A DNA stretch of 32,000 nt from Mycobacterium tuberculosis H37Rv (GTDB lineage: Bacteria > Actinomycetota > Actinomycetes > Mycobacteriales > Mycobacteriaceae). Shown in pieces: positions 29,129 through 32,000 of the stretch. The DNA lies in the NCBI RefSeq assembly GCF_000195955.2, contig NC_000962.3, positions 2,250,001-2,282,000 on the forward strand, given 5' to 3'. The notes below the pieces were generated by a model. It had not been told where the DNA came from. It saw only the letters and a list, made by a program, of their open reading frames with translations, and ran no database searches. Each line of letters begins with the position of its first letter. Within the stretch, counting starts at the first letter, position 1. A program made the translations under genes and the position numbers.

Positions 29129-30124
29129 ATGCCGGACACCATGGTGACCACCGATGTCATCAAGAGCGCGGTGCAGTTGGCCTGCCGCGCACCGTCGCTC
29201 CACAACAGCCAGCCCTGGCGCTGGATAGCCGAGGACCACACGGTTGCGCTGTTCCTCGACAAGGATCGGGTGCTTTACGCGACCGACCACTCCGGCCGGG
29301 AAGCGCTGCTGGGGTGCGGCGCCGTACTCGACCACTTTCGGGTGGCGATGGCGGCCGCGGGTACCACCGCCAATGTGGAACGGTTTCCCAACCCCAACGA
29401 TCCTTTGCATCTGGCGTCAATTGACTTCAGCCCGGCCGATTTCGTCACCGAGGGCCACCGTCTAAGGGCGGATGCGATCCTACTGCGCCGTACCGACCGG
29501 CTGCCTTTCGCCGAGCCGCCGGATTGGGACTTGGTGGAGTCGCAGTTGCGCACGACCGTCACCGCCGACACGGTGCGCATCGACGTCATCGCCGACGATA
29601 TGCGTCCCGAACTGGCGGCGGCGTCCAAACTCACCGAATCGCTGCGGCTCTACGATTCGTCGTATCATGCCGAACTCTTTTGGTGGACAGGGGCTTTTGA
29701 GACTTCTGAGGGCATACCGCACAGTTCATTGGTATCGGCGGCCGAAAGTGACCGGGTCACCTTCGGACGCGACTTCCCGGTCGTCGCCAACACCGATAGG
29801 CGCCCGGAGTTTGGCCACGACCGCTCTAAGGTCCTGGTGCTCTCCACCTACGACAACGAACGCGCCAGCCTACTGCGCTGCGGCGAGATGCTTTCCGCCG
29901 TATTGCTTGACGCCACCATGGCTGGGCTTGCCACCTGCACGCTGACCCACATCACCGAACTGCACGCCAGCCGAGACCTGGTCGCAGCGCTGATTGGGCA
30001 GCCCGCAACTCCGCAAGCCTTGGTTCGCGTCGGTCTGGCCCCGGAGATGGAAGAGCCGCCACCGGCAACGCCTCGGCGACCAATCGATGAAGTGTTTCAC
30101 GTTCGGGCTAAGGATCACCGGTAG
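29129..30124 (+). CDS. acg: Nitroreductase-fold protein Acg
   Basis: 331 aa MPDTMVTTDVIKSAVQLACRAPSLHNSQPWRW...; divergent from hspX. Confidence 0.95.
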   Translation: MPDTMVTTDVIKSAVQLACRAPSLHNSQPWRWIAEDHTVALFLDKDRVLYATDHSGREALLGCGAVLDHFRVAMAAAGTTANVERFPNPNDPLHLASIDFSPADFVTEGHRLRADAILLRRTDRLPFAEPPDWDLVESQLRTTVTADTVRIDVIADDMRPELAAASKLTESLRLYDSSYHAELFWWTGAFETSEGIPHSSLVSAAESDRVTFGRDFPVVANTDRRPEFGHDRSKVLVLSTYDNERASLLRCGEMLSAVLLDATMAGLATCTLTHITELHASRDLVAALIGQPATPQALVRVGLAPEMEEPPPATPRRPIDEVFHVRAKDHR

Positions 30125-30239
30125 CGGGCGCCGCCGGGACCGCGTCTAAGCACCGCAGCTGAATCGGGCGGATGATGTGTCGATGAGCGGATCCGGCGAT
30201 GGCGACGGTGTCGCGCGGTTGGGCAGACATCTTCCGCGG

Positions 30240-31082
30240 CTATTCGTCCCCGGCCGGCTGAGTGACGAAGTCGATCAGTTCTTCCACCCGGCCGATCAAC
30301 GCCGGCTCTAGGTCGGTCCAGTCGCGTACTTGCGAACGGATGCGCCGCCACGCCGCGGCGATGTCGGCCTGGTCGGCGTGCGGCCAGCCGAGCGCATCGC
30401 ACACGCCGTGCTTCCACTCGATGTGCCGCGGCACCCTCGGCCAGGCGGCCAGCCCAACTCGTTGTGGCTTGACCGCCTGCCAAATGTCGACGTAGGGGTG
30501 CCCGACGACCAAAGTGTCGGAGCCGCCCGGTCCGCGGCGCACCACCTCGGCGATGCGCGCCTCTTTCGACCCCGCGACCAAATGGTCAACGAGAACGCCG
30601 AGCCGACGCCGCGGGCCGGGCCGGAACTTGGCGACGATCTCCACCAGGTCGTCGACGCCACCGAGATGTTCGACGACGACACCTTCGATTCGCAGGTCCG
30701 CTCCCCATACCGCCGCGATGAGTTCAGCGTCGTGTCGGCCCTCGACATAGATCCGGCTGGCCCGGGCCACCCGGGCACGCGCGCCCGGCACCGCGACCGA
30801 GCCGGATGCCGTTCGCCTCGGGCCGGCAGCCGCTGCGCACCGCGGCGCGGTGAGGATCACCGGCAGGCCGTCGAGTAGATACCCGGGGCCCAGCGGAAAC
30901 CCGCGGGTCTTCCCGTAGCGGTCTTCCAAGTCGATGCGGCCATATTCGACTCGGACCACCGCACCGACGTAGCCGGTCTCGGCGTCTTCGACGACCATGC
31001 CGAGCTCGACCGGGTGCTCAACCGAGCGGGGCCGGCGCCGCCCGCCTGCGGCAAGCACGTCGGTTCCATAGCGATCCAGCAC
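30240..31082 (-). CDS. DUF3097-type conserved protein (Rv2033c-like)
   Basis: 280 aa MLDRYGTDVLAAGGRRRPRSVEHPVELGMVVEDAETGYVGAVVRVEYGRIDLEDRYGKTRGFPLGPGYLLDG... Confidence 0.88.
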   Translation of the reverse strand: MLDRYGTDVLAAGGRRRPRSVEHPVELGMVVEDAETGYVGAVVRVEYGRIDLEDRYGKTRGFPLGPGYLLDGLPVILTAPRCAAAAGPRRTASGSVAVPGARARVARASRIYVEGRHDAELIAAVWGADLRIEGVVVEHLGGVDDLVEIVAKFRPGPRRRLGVLVDHLVAGSKEARIAEVVRRGPGGSDTLVVGHPYVDIWQAVKPQRVGLAAWPRVPRHIEWKHGVCDALGWPHADQADIAAAWRRIRSQVRDWTDLEPALIGRVEELIDFVTQPAGDE

Positions 31083-31270
31083 GCCGCAATACTAGGGAGC
31101 CTCTCTGCCGGTCATCGCCGCGACGCGCCGCATGGGTTCTCGGAAAATGCTTGTACCAGTCGACTTTCCGGCGGGCCAACGTCGCCAACCGATACTCGGC
31201 TCCAACGCCATGGGTGACGGGATGCCCGGATCACGTGTCACACCACCCGCGCACCCTTGCGGAAGAATAT

Positions 31271-31290
31271 CCGTAAGTCTAAACTTACGG
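31271..31290. promoter_or_regulatory. Perfect 8-4-8 palindrome, candidate ArsR autoregulatory operator
   Basis: CCGTAAGT-CTAA-ACTTACGG ending 3 bp before the GTG start of the ArsR gene. Confidence 0.75.
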
Positions 31291-31293
31291 TTC

Positions 31294-31617
31294 GTGTCCA
31301 CTTACAGATCACCGGATCGCGCTTGGCAGGCGCTGGCGGACGGCACTCGCCGGGCCATCGTGGAGCGGCTGGCGCACGGCCCGCTGGCCGTCGGCGAGTT
31401 GGCCCGCGACCTGCCCGTCAGCCGACCCGCGGTGTCACAGCACCTCAAAGTGCTCAAGACCGCCAGGCTGGTGTGCGACCGCCCCGCGGGAACACGCCGC
31501 GTCTACCAGCTCGACCCGACAGGCCTTGCGGCATTGCGCACCGACCTCGACCGGTTCTGGACACGCGCCCTGACTGGCTACGCGCAGCTCATCGACTCCG
31601 AAGGAGACGACACATGA
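31294..31617 (+). CDS. ArsR-family transcriptional regulator (Rv2034-like)
   Basis: 107 aa VSTYRSPDRAWQALADGTRRAIVERLAHGPLAVGELARDLPVSRPAVSQHLKVLKTARLVCDRPAGTRRVYQLDPTGLAAL. Confidence 0.93.
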   Translation: MSTYRSPDRAWQALADGTRRAIVERLAHGPLAVGELARDLPVSRPAVSQHLKVLKTARLVCDRPAGTRRVYQLDPTGLAALRTDLDRFWTRALTGYAQLIDSEGDDT

Positions 31618-32000
31618 CACGCCCGCGAACCGATGCCATCCACCACCACGTTGTCGTCAACGCCCCGATCGAGCGTGCGTTCGCCGTGTTCACCACGCGG
31701 TTCGGCGACTTCAAGCCTCGCGAGCACAATCTGCTTGCTATCCCGATCACCGAGACGGTATTCGAATGCCATGCGGGAGGCCATATCTACGATCGCGGTG
31801 TTGACGGAAGCGTGTGCAAATGGGCGCGCGTGCTGGTCTATGAACCGCCCAGCCGGGTGCTATTCACGTGGGATATCGGCCCGACTTGGCGGCCGGAAAC
31901 CGATCTGGCCAAGACCAGTGAGGTCGAAGTCCGCTTCACCGCGCAGTCCGCCGAGACGACACGCGTCGACCTCGAACATCGCCATCTCGACCGACACGGT
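31614..32000 (+). CDS. AHSA1/SRPBCC (activator of Hsp90-like) domain protein, partial at window edge (Rv2035-like)
   Basis: MTRPRTDAIHHHVVVNAPIERAFAVFTTRFGDFKPREHNLLAIPITETVFE...; start overlaps the ArsR stop by 4 bp; open to the window end. Confidence 0.88.
   Translation, partial: MTRPRTDAIHHHVVVNAPIERAFAVFTTRFGDFKPREHNLLAIPITETVFECHAGGHIYDRGVDGSVCKWARVLVYEPPSRVLFTWDIGPTWRPETDLAKTSEVEVRFTAQSAETTRVDLEHRHLDRHG

Overview
The window looks like Mycobacterium tuberculosis complex chromosome, approximately the Rv2004c-Rv2035 interval of H37Rv. This is recognised from protein content (HspX/Acr, Acg, DosT, FdxA, OtsB1, VapBC15), not from a database search. Two dormancy-type (DosR-regulon-like) blocks flank a ~12.8 kb accessory island at about 8.0-20.8 kb. 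The left block (~0-6.5 kb) has an APH-like kinase, a USP protein, OtsB1/GH65 and ferredoxin. The right block (~21.8-30.1 kb) has USP, DosT, USP, PfkB, a PRTase/erythromycin-esterase fusion, HspX and Acg. The island holds VapBC15, a MarR/DUF1398-like divergent pair, a split IS110-family transposase, a 13E12/HNH protein, a two-gene unit with an XRE-ImmA/IrrE metallopeptidase, VapBC45-like and HigBA3-like toxin-antitoxin pairs, and a truncated Mrr-nuclease/SF2-helicase protein that resembles the N-terminus of a Type ISP restriction enzyme. My main reading-level observations are: (1) two separate decayed copies of the C-terminal tail of the same Type ISP family (10.04-10.21 kb and 16.48-16.71 kb, minus strand), the second reconstructed only by allowing two compensating frameshifts; (2) a ~450 bp A/T-rich foreign patch fused to the truncated nuclease-helicase; (3) a remnant duplicate of the XRE-ImmA gene lacking exactly the HExxH segment, with a probable spurious antisense ORF over it; (4) an IS3-family OrfB remnant next to the CDF transporter; (5) several perfect palindromes at regulator or toxin-antitoxin promoters. 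I find no CRISPR array, rRNA or tRNA.
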